A DNA stretch of 64,000 nucleotides, taken from contig CAXXGI010000002.1 in assembly GCA_963674695.2 (NCBI GenBank), forward strand, positions 640,001 to 704,000, written 5' to 3'. This document shows, piece by piece, positions 9,820 through 19,861 of the stretch (position 1 is the stretch's first letter; each line of letters begins with the position of its first letter). The notes under the pieces are model-generated. The model did no database searches, was not told the origin of the DNA, and saw only the letters and a program-made list of their open reading frames with translations. Source of the stretch: a bacterium. GTDB taxonomy: Bacteria > UBA10199 > 2-02-FULL-44-16 > JAAZCA01. The translations under genes and the position numbers were made by a program.

Positions 9820-10686
9820 ATGAAAATCCTATCATCTGTCAGTCTCATGGCGGCGCTTCTCTTGACGGCGGTCTCGGCTTCAGCGTTTGAGACGCCTGGT
9901 TTTCAGAATCCGTATGGCATCGCTGTCGATGAGAAGACCTCCTTCATCTATGTCTCCAACGTCAACGGCTCGCCCACCGGGCGCGATGACAACGGCTTCA
10001 TTTCAAGGCTGAAGGCGGATGGCTCGGTCGACGAGATGCGCTTCATCGATGGGGGCGACAAGAAGATCACGCTGCATGCCCCCATGGGGATGGCGGTGCA
10101 CCAGAAGACGCTCTATGTCGCCGACGTCGATGCGTTGCGCGCCTTCGATCTAGAGAAGGGCAATCACCTGTTCGATGTGAATTTCGGCGAGCTGCCGGTG
10201 CAGCACCTCTATGATGTGATCCTCGCCCCCGACGGCATGCTCTACGCGACCGATGGCCCCGGCAACACGATCTATCGCATCGATATCAAGAAGCAGCATG
10301 AGGTGACGGCCTTCATTCAGGGCGAGGAGCTGGGCCAGCCGCATGGCATCGCCTGGTATCAGCCGCGCCAGCTCTTCGTCGTGGCCGGATGGAGCTCCGG
10401 GCAGGTGCATGCCTACGATCGGGCCGGGAAGCTCCAGGGTCTGCCCTCCATCTTTCTGCGCACACTCGAGGGGATCGCTGCCGATATGGCCGGGAATCTC
10501 TATGTCGCCAGCACCGTCATGGGCGCGGTCTATCGCATCGCCCCGAGCTTTGCGCTCTTTGCCTATCGTTCGGGCCTTCCCGCCCCGGCCGGCGTCGCCT
10601 TCTTCCAGGGCGGCGGCCAGATCATCGTCGCCAGCTTCGACACCGGCAAGGTCCTCTCCTTCCCGGTCGAGGTGATTCAGCCTTGA
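9820..10686 (+). CDS. Secreted SMP-30/gluconolactonase-like beta-propeller protein
   Basis: Signal peptide (ASA/F), YVSNVNG..DDNGFIS, repeated P.G[IM]A blades. Confidence 0.78.
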   Translation: MKILSSVSLMAALLLTAVSASAFETPGFQNPYGIAVDEKTSFIYVSNVNGSPTGRDDNGFISRLKADGSVDEMRFIDGGDKKITLHAPMGMAVHQKTLYVADVDALRAFDLEKGNHLFDVNFGELPVQHLYDVILAPDGMLYATDGPGNTIYRIDIKKQHEVTAFIQGEELGQPHGIAWYQPRQLFVVAGWSSGQVHAYDRAGKLQGLPSIFLRTLEGIAADMAGNLYVASTVMGAVYRIAPSFALFAYRSGLPAPAGVAFFQGGGQIIVASFDTGKVLSFPVEVIQP

Positions 10687-10702
10687 TTCGAGGTATTCCG
10701 AG

Positions 10703-11959
10703 CTACTTTCCGGAAAACACGTTCCACGGAACGACCAGCGTCTCCTCGTCGAGGGGATAGACGGTATCGCTTGCGGAGATGATGAGACCTTTGGCGATGT
10801 CCAGATGGGGATAGGTACTGCGGAAGGCCTTGAGACCTCGCGCGTCGCGTTTTTCAGGATGGGATTTGCTCTTCACTTCGATCGGGAAAAAACGCCCATT
10901 CCATTCCAAGAGGATATCGACTTCAGCGCCGCCGTTGCTGCGCCAGTGATACATCGCGGGCGGTGTGGGAAAGAGTGCGGTCTGTTTTTTTATCTCCCCA
11001 AAAACGAGTGTTTCAAAGAGCGCGCCCCAAAGGGGGTGTGAGAGAATCGCTTCAGGCGTTGAAATGACCTGTGAAAAACAGGCCAGCCCCGTATCGGCGA
11101 TAAAACCCTTTGGTTTGGAGGTGACGCGTTTCACCGTATTTCCGGAGAATGCGGGTACCTCAAACCATTGGAATGTGCCCTTCAAGAGATTGAGCCAACG
11201 GGATGCCGTTTGAGGATTGATTCCGAGCTCTCGACCGAGGTGAGCGTGATTGATCTCCTGTGCGGTGAGAGCGCCGGCTAAACGAAAGAAACGGCTGAAG
11301 AGATCGAGGTCTGAAATCTCCGTCACCTCTCGAACATCGCGTTCGATATAGGTGCGATGGTATCCCTGCAGGAAAACAGAAACGGCATCCTGCTGGAGGA
11401 ACTGTGTCTCGGGAATAAACCCTCGCCATATCTGTTCGAGGAGATTGAAGCGTAGAGGATCGATCGTTTGGAATGATTGTGTATTCTCATCATGAAGCCA
11501 CCGGCCAAGCCATCCGTCGGCCTTTGGGGTGCATTGATTGATTTCGGAGAGAGAAAAACCATCGAGATCCAGGAAGGCGACCCGACCGGCCAGGCTCTCC
11601 TGGAGATTTTTTAAGACCTGCCACTGTTGAGAACCGGAGAGGAGATACTGTGAAGGGCTGCGATCTCCTTCAAGGCGTCGCTTGATGGCGGAGGTGAGTT
11701 CGGGCGCATACTGGATCTCATCCAGAATGATCGGCGGTTTTCTATTCGTGAGGAAGAGGTCCGGGTCCGATCGTGCCCCTTCGATGTCGCGGACCGGATC
11801 CAGAACGATGCGCGGCATGCGATCGCCAAAGAGATGGTCCAAAAGTGTGCTTTTTCCGACCTGCCTCGCTCCGGAGACGACAACTACCGGAAATTGTTCA
11901 AATAATTCAATGAGCCGCCGTTCGAGTGATCTTTTCAGATAGGCATGTCCTGTCTTCAT
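10703..11959 (-). CDS. AAA_14 / DUF4143 ATP-binding protein
   Basis: GARQVGKST, LDEIQYAP, SLAGR, KPKGFIADTG, EVD...PIEVK. Confidence 0.9.
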   Translation of the reverse strand: MKTGHAYLKRSLERRLIELFEQFPVVVVSGARQVGKSTLLDHLFGDRMPRIVLDPVRDIEGARSDPDLFLTNRKPPIILDEIQYAPELTSAIKRRLEGDRSPSQYLLSGSQQWQVLKNLQESLAGRVAFLDLDGFSLSEINQCTPKADGWLGRWLHDENTQSFQTIDPLRFNLLEQIWRGFIPETQFLQQDAVSVFLQGYHRTYIERDVREVTEISDLDLFSRFFRLAGALTAQEINHAHLGRELGINPQTASRWLNLLKGTFQWFEVPAFSGNTVKRVTSKPKGFIADTGLACFSQVISTPEAILSHPLWGALFETLVFGEIKKQTALFPTPPAMYHWRSNGGAEVDILLEWNGRFFPIEVKSKSHPEKRDARGLKAFRSTYPHLDIAKGLIISASDTVYPLDEETLVVPWNVFSGK

Positions 11960-12032
11960 ATCCTTGCATTATAATGATGCTATAACCGATCTGCAATGAT
12001 AAAATTATGGGGCTTTTCCTTTGTCCGATGAC

Positions 12033-12060
12033 GAAACTCTGGGGTCCATCCTGCCGATAA
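12033..12060 (+). promoter_or_regulatory. FliA/sigma28-like promoter
   Basis: AAACTCTG-N11-GCCGATAA upstream of the SD and ATG 12085. Confidence 0.55.
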
Positions 12061-12084
12061 TAAGGAAAAGGAGGGTGGATCCCT

Positions 12085-13953
12085 ATGCCCGACGTCTGTG
12101 ATCCCAAAAAGAGTTCCTGTACGCCCGCGCAGCTCTTCATTCGCGACGGTGTGGTCGACTGCACACAGGTCGAATTCGAAGATGTGGCCTGGTGCGAGGC
12201 GCTTTCCGATTCCTGTTCACCGGGGCTGGTCGATGACGCGGAGTATCTCGCTGCCTTTCATGGTCGGGAGATGACGCGTGAGTTTCGCGAGCCGATCGTG
12301 GGGCGATTGTTTCAATTGGCTGAAGCGACCGAGGACTGGTGTCTGTTGCCGGAGTGGGCGAGTTCTTGTGGTGAGGATCGCCGCGAGGCGGCGCAGGAGT
12401 TTCTCACGTTCCTTACGCGCCCCTGTTTGCTTGCGGCATTGTCGCACAAATCGAAGAAAGAGCTGCTTCCCATCGCACGGAAAATGGCGGAAAACGAGGA
12501 TGATCCGAAGATCAGCCGCATGGGAAGGGCTGCGGTCGATCTGCTCGCACTCTATTCCAATAAAGACAGCGCTCCGTTTCAGTTCCCCTTCTCCGGGGAT
12601 ATCATGTATGTCGGCGCGGCTTATGCTCTGCGTACCATGCCAGGAATGGAGGGGCCGAGCGACTATTGGCGCGCGGTCTATTCCCATCCGCGCGAGACGA
12701 CCATCTTTTCCCCGCGTTTTTCAAAGCGGTCGGTCGAGAAGCAGGACAACAGTGCTTTTCTCGCCGAGCAGCGTGCGCAAAATAAATCGGATATATCGAT
12801 CAAGTTCAACACGGATCATCGCATCCAAGCCTATCAGGATGAACTGAATGCGAAGCTCGGATGTACATCGAGCAAGGATGAGCAGCGGTTCACCAATGGA
12901 TGGAGGTGTGAGGCGGGAAGGGATGTAGATTACTATACCTACATGCAGGGCAAGCGCGAGGAGATTCGCGCGGCGGCGGCTCGATACAGTCGTTGGCGTC
13001 CACACCTGGAGGCGATCTTCCTCAAGCATGGCTTGCCTCCATATCTGGCTTCCATCGCGGTGATCGAATCGAAGATGCGCACGGATATCGTGGCGCCGGG
13101 CTCGGGTGCAGCTGGCCCCTATCAGATCATGCCGAAGATGGGGCCGGAATATGGTCTGACCATCGATAAAGAGCGCGGCATCGATGAACGCCGAAATGTG
13201 ATCTATGCCGCCGAGGCGGCGGCAAAAATCCTCAAGCAGGCGCGCCGGGCGATCCTGGGGGAAGGGTTTGTGCCCGGACTCGATATCGATGAAGGCCTGG
13301 CCAATATCATGAGCACATCGGCCTATCATGCCGGCGTGGGGAACCTGCGCCGTGCCATGCGCAAGGCAAAGAAGGCGCTCGAGAAGCAAAGGGCTGAGGC
13401 GGCAGGGGAGAAGAAGGCAGGGCCGGATCCGGTGACCGCGGAAAAGGTCTTCAGCTTCATGCTGTCGAGTAAGTTCACGTATCGCCGCTATCGACACGAT
13501 TCGAAGGACTACCCGCCGCAGCTCTATGCGGCGATGGAGGCGGTGGATCGTATCAAGTTTAAGGAGATGGAGCTCGTCGAGCAGATGGTCGATGTCAGCA
13601 TCTCGAACTTCAAGAAGCCGGTCTCGTTGGCACAGATTGCAGCGTTGACGGTGAGCGGGGCCGAGCGTCTGCGTGAGCTCAATCCTCAGTTTGACGAGGC
13701 TGGTTTTGATCGTGTGATAAAGGCAGGCGGGAGCGTTCGATTTCTGTTGCCGCAGGCGGAGCTCTGCCGGGTACAGACGAAGCTCGTCGATTATCATGTC
13801 GTGGAAAAAGGGGATATCGATGTGACCGTCGTGACCAACCCTCCGGACCTCGTTCCGGCGATTGTCGACATACTGGAAAAAGATCCCTACGCCATTCTGC
13901 CAAACTCACAAGTCTCCTATCCAGATTTTATCACCATGAACGACTGGTACTGA
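12085..13953 (+). CDS. Lytic transglycosylase (SLT/MltD-like) with an unrecognised N-terminal region
   Basis: IAVIES catalytic motif, GAAGPYQIMP, DER, AYHAG.G, LRELNP; no obvious Sec signal. Confidence 0.8.
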   Translation: MPDVCDPKKSSCTPAQLFIRDGVVDCTQVEFEDVAWCEALSDSCSPGLVDDAEYLAAFHGREMTREFREPIVGRLFQLAEATEDWCLLPEWASSCGEDRREAAQEFLTFLTRPCLLAALSHKSKKELLPIARKMAENEDDPKISRMGRAAVDLLALYSNKDSAPFQFPFSGDIMYVGAAYALRTMPGMEGPSDYWRAVYSHPRETTIFSPRFSKRSVEKQDNSAFLAEQRAQNKSDISIKFNTDHRIQAYQDELNAKLGCTSSKDEQRFTNGWRCEAGRDVDYYTYMQGKREEIRAAAARYSRWRPHLEAIFLKHGLPPYLASIAVIESKMRTDIVAPGSGAAGPYQIMPKMGPEYGLTIDKERGIDERRNVIYAAEAAAKILKQARRAILGEGFVPGLDIDEGLANIMSTSAYHAGVGNLRRAMRKAKKALEKQRAEAAGEKKAGPDPVTAEKVFSFMLSSKFTYRRYRHDSKDYPPQLYAAMEAVDRIKFKEMELVEQMVDVSISNFKKPVSLAQIAALTVSGAERLRELNPQFDEAGFDRVIKAGGSVRFLLPQAELCRVQTKLVDYHVVEKGDIDVTVVTNPPDLVPAIVDILEKDPYAILPNSQVSYPDFITMNDWY

Positions 13954-13994
13954 TACCTGTAAGCTCTCTCTCATTGATGGGAAGGCTTTGGCGA

Positions 13995-15164
13995 TCACTG
14001 CTCGCGCAGGATGGCGGTGTTGCACAGACGCCCTTCGATGCAGGCGTTTTTCGTCACCGTCGCGTCGATGCGATTCCAGACGGCCTCGGTCTCCATGCAG
14101 AGGTAGACCTTGCGCTCCGGCAGATGCTGGCGCAGTTTTTCCCACAGCGGTTTATAGACTTTCTGGCGGATGAAACGCGCATAGCGCATCTTGTTGCCGC
14201 TCGGCACGAGTTCGCCGGTGAAGATGCGGGTTTGGGGAAAACGGCGCATAGCGATGCGCGGAAGGTCGGGCGGATAGCGCAAGAGGCCTAAGCTGATCCA
14301 GGCGATCTGGTCGGGCTCGATGACCTCGAAGATCTTGTCGATGACGCCGAGGTAGGCGTCGATCTCGGCCTCATCGGCATGCGTGACGATGATCGGGTCG
14401 AAGTGAAAACCGACGCCGTATCCCGCTTGTGCCACTTTGTGCGCAGCCGCCAGGCGCTCATCGAGCGTGGAGGTCTGACGTTCGTCCGAGGCGATGATCT
14501 CCGGCGTATTGAGCGACCAGGAGACGACCGTGCGGTTGCGATGCGTCAGATCCAGCAGGTGGTCGACGAAGGTCGACTTGGTCTTGAGTTCGAAGAGGGC
14601 ATTGCGTGTCGAGGCAAAGAAGGGAACGAGCACGCTGGCGAAATCGAGGATCGGGTCGAGGGCGAGGCTATCGGCGAGTTCTCCCGTGCCGATGCGAAAG
14701 AAGCGATTCGAATTCGCGTCGAGAAACGAGCTCACCTGCGCCAGGATCTCCTCGAGATTGACATAGGCCGTCGTGACCGGGTTGTTGGCGAGGTAGGACT
14801 GCAGGATGCAATAGGAGCAGTCCATCGGGCAGCCGGAGACGAGGTCGAGCACGCGGTAGTTGCAGCAGAGGTGTCCGGTACCGATACCCTGGCAGGGTTT
14901 GAAGACACGGCCGCGCTGTGCGGTGAGCACGAGGTGGGTCTTGGCCACGCTCAGATCCTGCGGGTGCTTGAGCGTGCGCACGTCATCGGCGATGTCCACA
15001 TCGACATCGAACTCCTCCAACCGGTCGCGAATACGGATGACCTGGGGATTGCCCGCGACTTCACGGTCGATCCAGACCTGTTGGGGCAGAAAGGGGAGCG
15101 GCGCCTTGCGTGAGCGCGACCGAGGGCGCAGCGGGAGGGCATGAACGTTCGAAGCGGCTGCCAT
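13995..15164 (-). CDS. Spore photoproduct lyase-like radical SAM protein
   Basis: GCPMDCSYC (CxxxCxxC), RIGTGELADSL, ELKTK, GFHFDP, YLCME; start uncertain. Confidence 0.85.
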   Translation of the reverse strand: MAAASNVHALPLRPRSRSRKAPLPFLPQQVWIDREVAGNPQVIRIRDRLEEFDVDVDIADDVRTLKHPQDLSVAKTHLVLTAQRGRVFKPCQGIGTGHLCCNYRVLDLVSGCPMDCSYCILQSYLANNPVTTAYVNLEEILAQVSSFLDANSNRFFRIGTGELADSLALDPILDFASVLVPFFASTRNALFELKTKSTFVDHLLDLTHRNRTVVSWSLNTPEIIASDERQTSTLDERLAAAHKVAQAGYGVGFHFDPIIVTHADEAEIDAYLGVIDKIFEVIEPDQIAWISLGLLRYPPDLPRIAMRRFPQTRIFTGELVPSGNKMRYARFIRQKVYKPLWEKLRQHLPERKVYLCMETEAVWNRIDATVTKNACIEGRLCNTAILREQ

Positions 15165-15285
15165 CTGGAACCTCCTTGCATGCTCATTCCCAAGGGAAGG
15201 GGCATGCACAACGAGCCGCTTGATCGTTGCGCTCAAGCGGCTCGCTCTTTCGGTTCAGTTTGGTCCATCGCGTGCCGAGCTTTCA

Positions 15286-16257
15286 TCACGCCTGATACCA
15301 CTCGAAGATCTGGTGCCACTGCTGTCGTTGGAAGGCCTGCTGGATCTTCTCGATCAGATCGCCGAGTTCCTCCGGCTGTGAGAAATGATATTCGAGCTTC
15401 ATCTTCTGGTTTTCGAAATACGGATCCGCCACGAGCTTTGCGGCATCGGGCAGCTCCAGGCCCTGGATCATGGAGGCGAGGTGCTGCTGGCGTTCGGACA
15501 GCTGCGGCAGCCGCACGCCCTTGAGGGCCTGGCGCAGCGCCCGCACCTTGTCGGCCGCCGGCGTGTTCGGATCGGCCACGAGCTGCAACAGCTGATAGCG
15601 GTTGAGGATCTCCTCGACCGTCAGACCGTCGCGGGCGGCGATTTCGCGGATGAGGGTGAGCAGCTCATTGAGTTTGTTCGTCGACGGCCGGATGTGCGCC
15701 AACACGCTCAGGAGTTCCTGCTGCGTCGACGGCGAGAACTCGGCCACGCGTGCCGCCGAGGAGAGGGCCAAGTCCGTCATGACCACGTGGTTCTTCATGG
15801 GCTCGGTCAGCGCGTCGAGCGTGAGCAGCTGGTGCAGGATCTTGTAGCTCGGGTCGTCGCCCATCAGCGGCAGGAAGCGCTTGACCAACTCTCCCTCGTC
15901 GACCGAATAGAACTGCTGCAGTTTCACCAGTGCGCGGCTCTTCTCGATGAGATTGAGCGAACGCGTCACGGCGTTGTCGTGCAGGTTCCAGAGGAAGGCC
16001 TGCGTGGGCGAAAGATCGCTGGCCTCATGCACGATGGCCGGGATCGACTGACGCCCCAACTCCTGCAAAACCAACAGGCGCTTATATCCAGCGATGAGCT
16101 GGAAAGCCCCGTCTGGCGTGTGTCGCAGGTGGATGGGATTGAACAGGCCCACCACGCGGATCGAGCGTTTGAGCTCATCGAGCCGCGGCGCGAAGGTGAT
16201 GCGGAAGCTGTCATCCGCAATGTTAATGTTGGAAAGGGGAAGATGTTGAAGTAGCAT
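15286..16257 (-). CDS. ParB N-terminal domain protein
   Basis: LKRSI..GLFNPI, LIAGYKRL, DN..R.LN.IEK. Confidence 0.75.
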   Translation of the reverse strand: MLLQHLPLSNINIADDSFRITFAPRLDELKRSIRVVGLFNPIHLRHTPDGAFQLIAGYKRLLVLQELGRQSIPAIVHEASDLSPTQAFLWNLHDNAVTRSLNLIEKSRALVKLQQFYSVDEGELVKRFLPLMGDDPSYKILHQLLTLDALTEPMKNHVVMTDLALSSAARVAEFSPSTQQELLSVLAHIRPSTNKLNELLTLIREIAARDGLTVEEILNRYQLLQLVADPNTPAADKVRALRQALKGVRLPQLSERQQHLASMIQGLELPDAAKLVADPYFENQKMKLEYHFSQPEELGDLIEKIQQAFQRQQWHQIFEWYQA

Positions 16258-16391
16258 AGCGCGGCATAATGAAGAAGTGATGAATGAATTGCAATATCGA
16301 AGTGAATGGTTTTTGATTTTTTTTGCAGGGGAAACGACCGGATGGTCTGGATTGGCGGCGTGTCCGTGCAGATTTTAGAGGGGGAACGAAA

Positions 16392-16862
16392 ATGTCAACG
16401 GGAAAATACGATGAACAGTGGATGCGCGAGGCGATCCTCGACGCGAATGCGGCGGGTGCCGAGGGCGAAGTTCCGATCGGCGCGATCGCGATTGTGGATA
16501 ACTCGATCGTCGGGCGCGCGCACAACGTGCGCGAACGCACACACAACCCGTTGGGACATGCCGAGTTGCTCCTCATCGAGCGGCTTGCACGCGAACAGAA
16601 GAGCTGGCGACTCGACGAGGTGACCATCGTCGTCACCTGCGAGCCGTGCCTGATGTGCTCTGGCGCCATGCTGCAGGCGCGCATTCCGCGGGTGGTCTAC
16701 GGTTGTCGCGATCCGAAGGCCGGTGCGATGGGGTCGCTCTACAACGTTGCTGACGATGCGCGGCTCAACCACCGCATCGAGGTGGTGCCGGACGTCCTGA
16801 CCGAAGAATGCGGGAAGTTGCTCACCGATTTTTTTCGAAAGTTGCGCGCGGGTGGGGGATGA
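16392..16862 (+). CDS. tadA: tRNA adenosine(34) deaminase
   Basis: GEVPIGA, HAE, EPCLMC, DPKAGA, LNHR, FFRKLR. Confidence 0.95.
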   Translation: MSTGKYDEQWMREAILDANAAGAEGEVPIGAIAIVDNSIVGRAHNVRERTHNPLGHAELLLIERLAREQKSWRLDEVTIVVTCEPCLMCSGAMLQARIPRVVYGCRDPKAGAMGSLYNVADDARLNHRIEVVPDVLTEECGKLLTDFFRKLRAGGG

Positions 16863-16880
16863 TCCGGCGCTCGTTCGCGA

Positions 16881-18458
16881 TCAGATCATCGGCAGCGAGC
16901 CCATCGCCCAGCTCGAGAAAAACGGCGGAACATACGGTGCCGAGAGGCAGTCGATGTCGTTGGCCGTTTCGAACCAGTCGATCTCGTCGTGGGTGTCGCT
17001 TGCGTCCGGTTCGGGGGTGGGCGCCGGCATTTTCGGGGAGCGTTCCAGAAAACCGATGTGTTCGAGGTTGTTGACGAAGAGCTCCTGCTGTTCGGGCGGG
17101 AGTTCTTGAAAGGCGTAGTCCCGTCGCAGGAGGGTTTCTCCCCAGTGCCGGGGGTAGGTGATGCCCTCGTCGATTTCGAAGGCAAACCGGCGATGCAGGA
17201 TGTTCCGGAGCGATCGGCTCTCTTCGGAGAGGGGCATGATTGCGGCGACGAGACGTGTGAGCGAGTACTGCTTCAGCAGGATCAGGATCTTCGTGCGAAA
17301 ATCGAAGAAGGCGCGGGCCGCCACTCCTGCCTCCCGGTTCGGTGCCTGCAGCGCAACCGCACGCGCGAGATACTTCGACATTACTTCGGCCGTCGTATCC
17401 ATCGTATGCGGCGCGGTGATGACCAGCGCGTCCGCCGCGTTCGGCAGCAGCGAGAGCATGCGATACCAGCCTCCGACCTGTTCCGGCGTCGGGGGGGTGG
17501 GGGAGAAGGAAGCGTTCTCGCCGCCGACGATCGTGTCCTCAAGGTTGGACAGGTGCAGCGCCCCCAGGGGGATGCGGCGGCGAATGAGATCCCGCTGGAG
17601 GAAGGCCATGCCTCCGTTCATGATATTCGAGGCCACCCCCGTGATGCGGTTATCGATCATGAGGGCGCGTTCCTGCTGCAAAGCTGTTTCGCTCGATAGC
17701 GCCGTTCCGCGACCCGTGTCGTCTGTGTTCAGGGAAACTTCCAGGGCATTGTGCGCGTCTGGATTGGGCCAAACGGCATGCGTTTTGCCGAAGAGGTCCC
17801 ACCACCCGCGTACGGCACGATGGATGACGGTGTTGTCCTGCAGCGGTCCGCGGTCGGCGATGAGCTGCGCGAGCGTGCCGACGATGGCTTCGGTGAAGGC
17901 AGGGTCGCGAGGAATGTGGCGCATCTCGGCCAGGAGTTCCGTCCCGGTCTGTTCGGGGCGAGGGTGGCGTGCGTCGGCCAAGAGCGGACGGCCGAGCAGG
18001 ATCGAGGCGAACTCCCGCCGGTTGGTCGCCATGGCCTGCATCAGGCCATAGAGCGGCGTGAACCCGAAGGGGATGAGCCCGTTGCAATCGAGGACATAGG
18101 CGTGTTCGGCCCCTTGCCAGCCGGCATAGGTAAACGGCAGCATCTGCCCGACGCCGACGAAAGCATCGCCGCGGTTCTGGATCGGAGCGATGGCCTGGGC
18201 GAACTCGCGCTCATTTGTCAGGAAAAACTGGAGGGTCGGCTCGAATCCGGCGCTGTCATGCAGGAGGTTTTTTGATCGCGTGACATAGGCGTCCAACACC
18301 GGGATGAGCGTTTCCTGTGGAACGCGCCACGTTCCGTCTGGGGCGCGCTGCGGATAGGCCCCGATCTGCGCGAGGCGCTGGGCATAGGGGGTCGTGTCGC
18401 GCAGGACGCCGTCGCTGCTCGTTTCATGTGAGGGTCTGAAGATGGTTCTGACGACCAT
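16881..18458 (-). CDS. Hypothetical protein, possible SAM-dependent methyltransferase-like core
   Basis: Long ORF with an SD before ATG 18458; TNE...AFVGVG..FTY...YVLD and LHLSNLED resemble Rossmann-type motifs; function is a guess. Confidence 0.6.
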   Translation of the reverse strand: MVVRTIFRPSHETSSDGVLRDTTPYAQRLAQIGAYPQRAPDGTWRVPQETLIPVLDAYVTRSKNLLHDSAGFEPTLQFFLTNEREFAQAIAPIQNRGDAFVGVGQMLPFTYAGWQGAEHAYVLDCNGLIPFGFTPLYGLMQAMATNRREFASILLGRPLLADARHPRPEQTGTELLAEMRHIPRDPAFTEAIVGTLAQLIADRGPLQDNTVIHRAVRGWWDLFGKTHAVWPNPDAHNALEVSLNTDDTGRGTALSSETALQQERALMIDNRITGVASNIMNGGMAFLQRDLIRRRIPLGALHLSNLEDTIVGGENASFSPTPPTPEQVGGWYRMLSLLPNAADALVITAPHTMDTTAEVMSKYLARAVALQAPNREAGVAARAFFDFRTKILILLKQYSLTRLVAAIMPLSEESRSLRNILHRRFAFEIDEGITYPRHWGETLLRRDYAFQELPPEQQELFVNNLEHIGFLERSPKMPAPTPEPDASDTHDEIDWFETANDIDCLSAPYVPPFFSSWAMGSLPMI

Positions 18459-18531
18459 GGTCCTCTTCTCCGGCGGCGTCTCTGACACAGGCACCCGAAT
18501 GCTGCAATCGGGAAGAGGCGTCGCCCCCTCG

Positions 18532-18557
18532 GTATCGGCGGATCGACGGAAAAGTTG
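18532..18557 (-). promoter_or_regulatory. FliA/sigma28-like promoter
   Basis: Minus strand CAACTTTT-N10-GCCGATAC. Confidence 0.55.
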
Positions 18558-18597
18558 TGTGTAATTTTTGGGGTGGGGGAGGGGGGGTGCCGATGTT

Positions 18598-18670
18598 GTC
18601 ATTCCCGCGGGTGTAAGCGGGAATCTCGATTGTCCAGATCCATCGAGATCCCCGTTTTCACGGGGATGAC
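18598..18670. repeat. REP-like palindrome
   Basis: GTCATTCCCGC..GCGGGAATCTCG...CGAGATCCCCG..CGGGGATGAC. Confidence 0.75.
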
Positions 18671-18694
18671 AAAGCCAAGGTTTTTCATGTCATC

Positions 18695-19308
18695 CCACTC
18701 CCTCCGCATACACAAATGGCCCCAGAAGGGGCCACAAATCAAATCACAAGGAGTGGGATTGTCACTTCGTTCTGACCTATAAGGTTATTAAGCTCGTCAC
18801 TTCTATTTGTAGCGTTCTCGATCCGCCCTTCGGGCTAGGATCTCGAGGCGGTTCGAACCCACATGGCTTCTCAGACCACTCCCTCCGCATACACAAATGG
18901 CCCCAGAAGGGGCCACAAATCAAATCACAAGGAGTGGGATTGTCACTTCGTTCTGACCTATAAGGTTATTTGTTCCTCGCTTAAGCTCGTCACTTCTATT
19001 TGTAGCGTTCTCGATCCGCCCTTCGGGCTAGGATCTCGAGGCGGTTCGAACCCACATGGCTTCTCAGACCACTCCCTCCGCATACACAAATGGCCCCAGA
19101 AGGGGCCACAAATCAAATCACAAGGAGTGGGATTGTCACTTCGTTCTGACCTATAAGGTTATTTGTTCCTCGCTTAAGCTCGTCACTTCTATTTGTAGCG
19201 TTCTCGATCCGCCCTTCGGGCTAGGATCTCGAGGCGGTTCGAACCCACATGGCTTCTCAGACCACTCCCTCCGCCAACAAAAATGACCCCTTATGGGGCC
19301 ATTTGTGT
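18695..19308. repeat. tRNA-linked 193-bp tandem repeat (3 units plus a partial fourth)
   Basis: Units start at 18695, 18876, 19069 and 19262 with CCACTCCCTCCGC; the first unit lacks 12 bp. Confidence 0.9.
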
Positions 19309-19398
19309 TGGCGGAGGGAGTGGGATTCGAACCCACGGTACCCGTTAAGGTACACACGCTTTCCAGGCGTGCCAGATAAGCCGCTCCTGCATCCCTCC
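19309..19398 (-). tRNA. tRNA-Ser(GGA)
   Basis: Cloverleaf with a long variable arm, anticodon loop CT-GGA-AA, GTTCGAATCC, encoded CCA. Confidence 0.95.
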
Positions 19399-19424
19399 GA
19401 GAAACTTTTTTTGTAGGCATTCAG

Positions 19425-19513
19425 CGGAGAGGGTGGGATTCGAACCCACGGACCTCCTTGCGAAGGTCAACGGTTTTCGAGACCGCCCCGTTCAACCACT
19501 CCGGCACCTCTCC
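19425..19513 (-). tRNA. tRNA-Ser(CGA)
   Basis: Cloverleaf, anticodon loop CT-CGA-AA, long variable arm, GTTCGAATCC; CCA not encoded. Confidence 0.95.
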
Positions 19514-19693
19514 GCTGAATACCACAACGGCGCCCTTTTTGACGCGATAGGGGCCGGATATACACCATAGGGGTTTCGCGAGCGCAACAGGAAAAAGCCC
19601 TGGTGCCGGGGGGCGGAAAAGAGGCAACATCATGAAATCCCGTTTGATTCGGGCCTTTCATTTCCGTATACTCTATCCCATAAGGGGGGGCGT

Positions 19694-19852
19694 ATGAAAA
19701 AACTGATCCTGATCATCCTCATCTTAATGGGGCTGTTATATCTTTTCAGCCAACGTTATACTATTCAGTCTGGTCGATCTCGTCTGGGCACCTTTAATCT
19801 CGTCCTGGTCGACAAGAAGAGCGGCGAGGCGGTTCGCGTGATGGGCGATTGA
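19694..19852 (+). CDS. Small 52-aa membrane-anchored/secreted protein
   Basis: MKKLILIILILMGLLYLFSQRY...; G-rich SD and TTGATT-17-TATACT promoter upstream; below the ORF-track size cutoff. Confidence 0.65.
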   Translation: MKKLILIILILMGLLYLFSQRYTIQSGRSRLGTFNLVLVDKKSGEAVRVMGD

Positions 19853-19861
19853 TCTCAGGCC

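Noticed and set aside
18695-19308. CRISPR array
   Set aside because: Units are 193 bp and essentially identical, with no variable spacers and no cas genes
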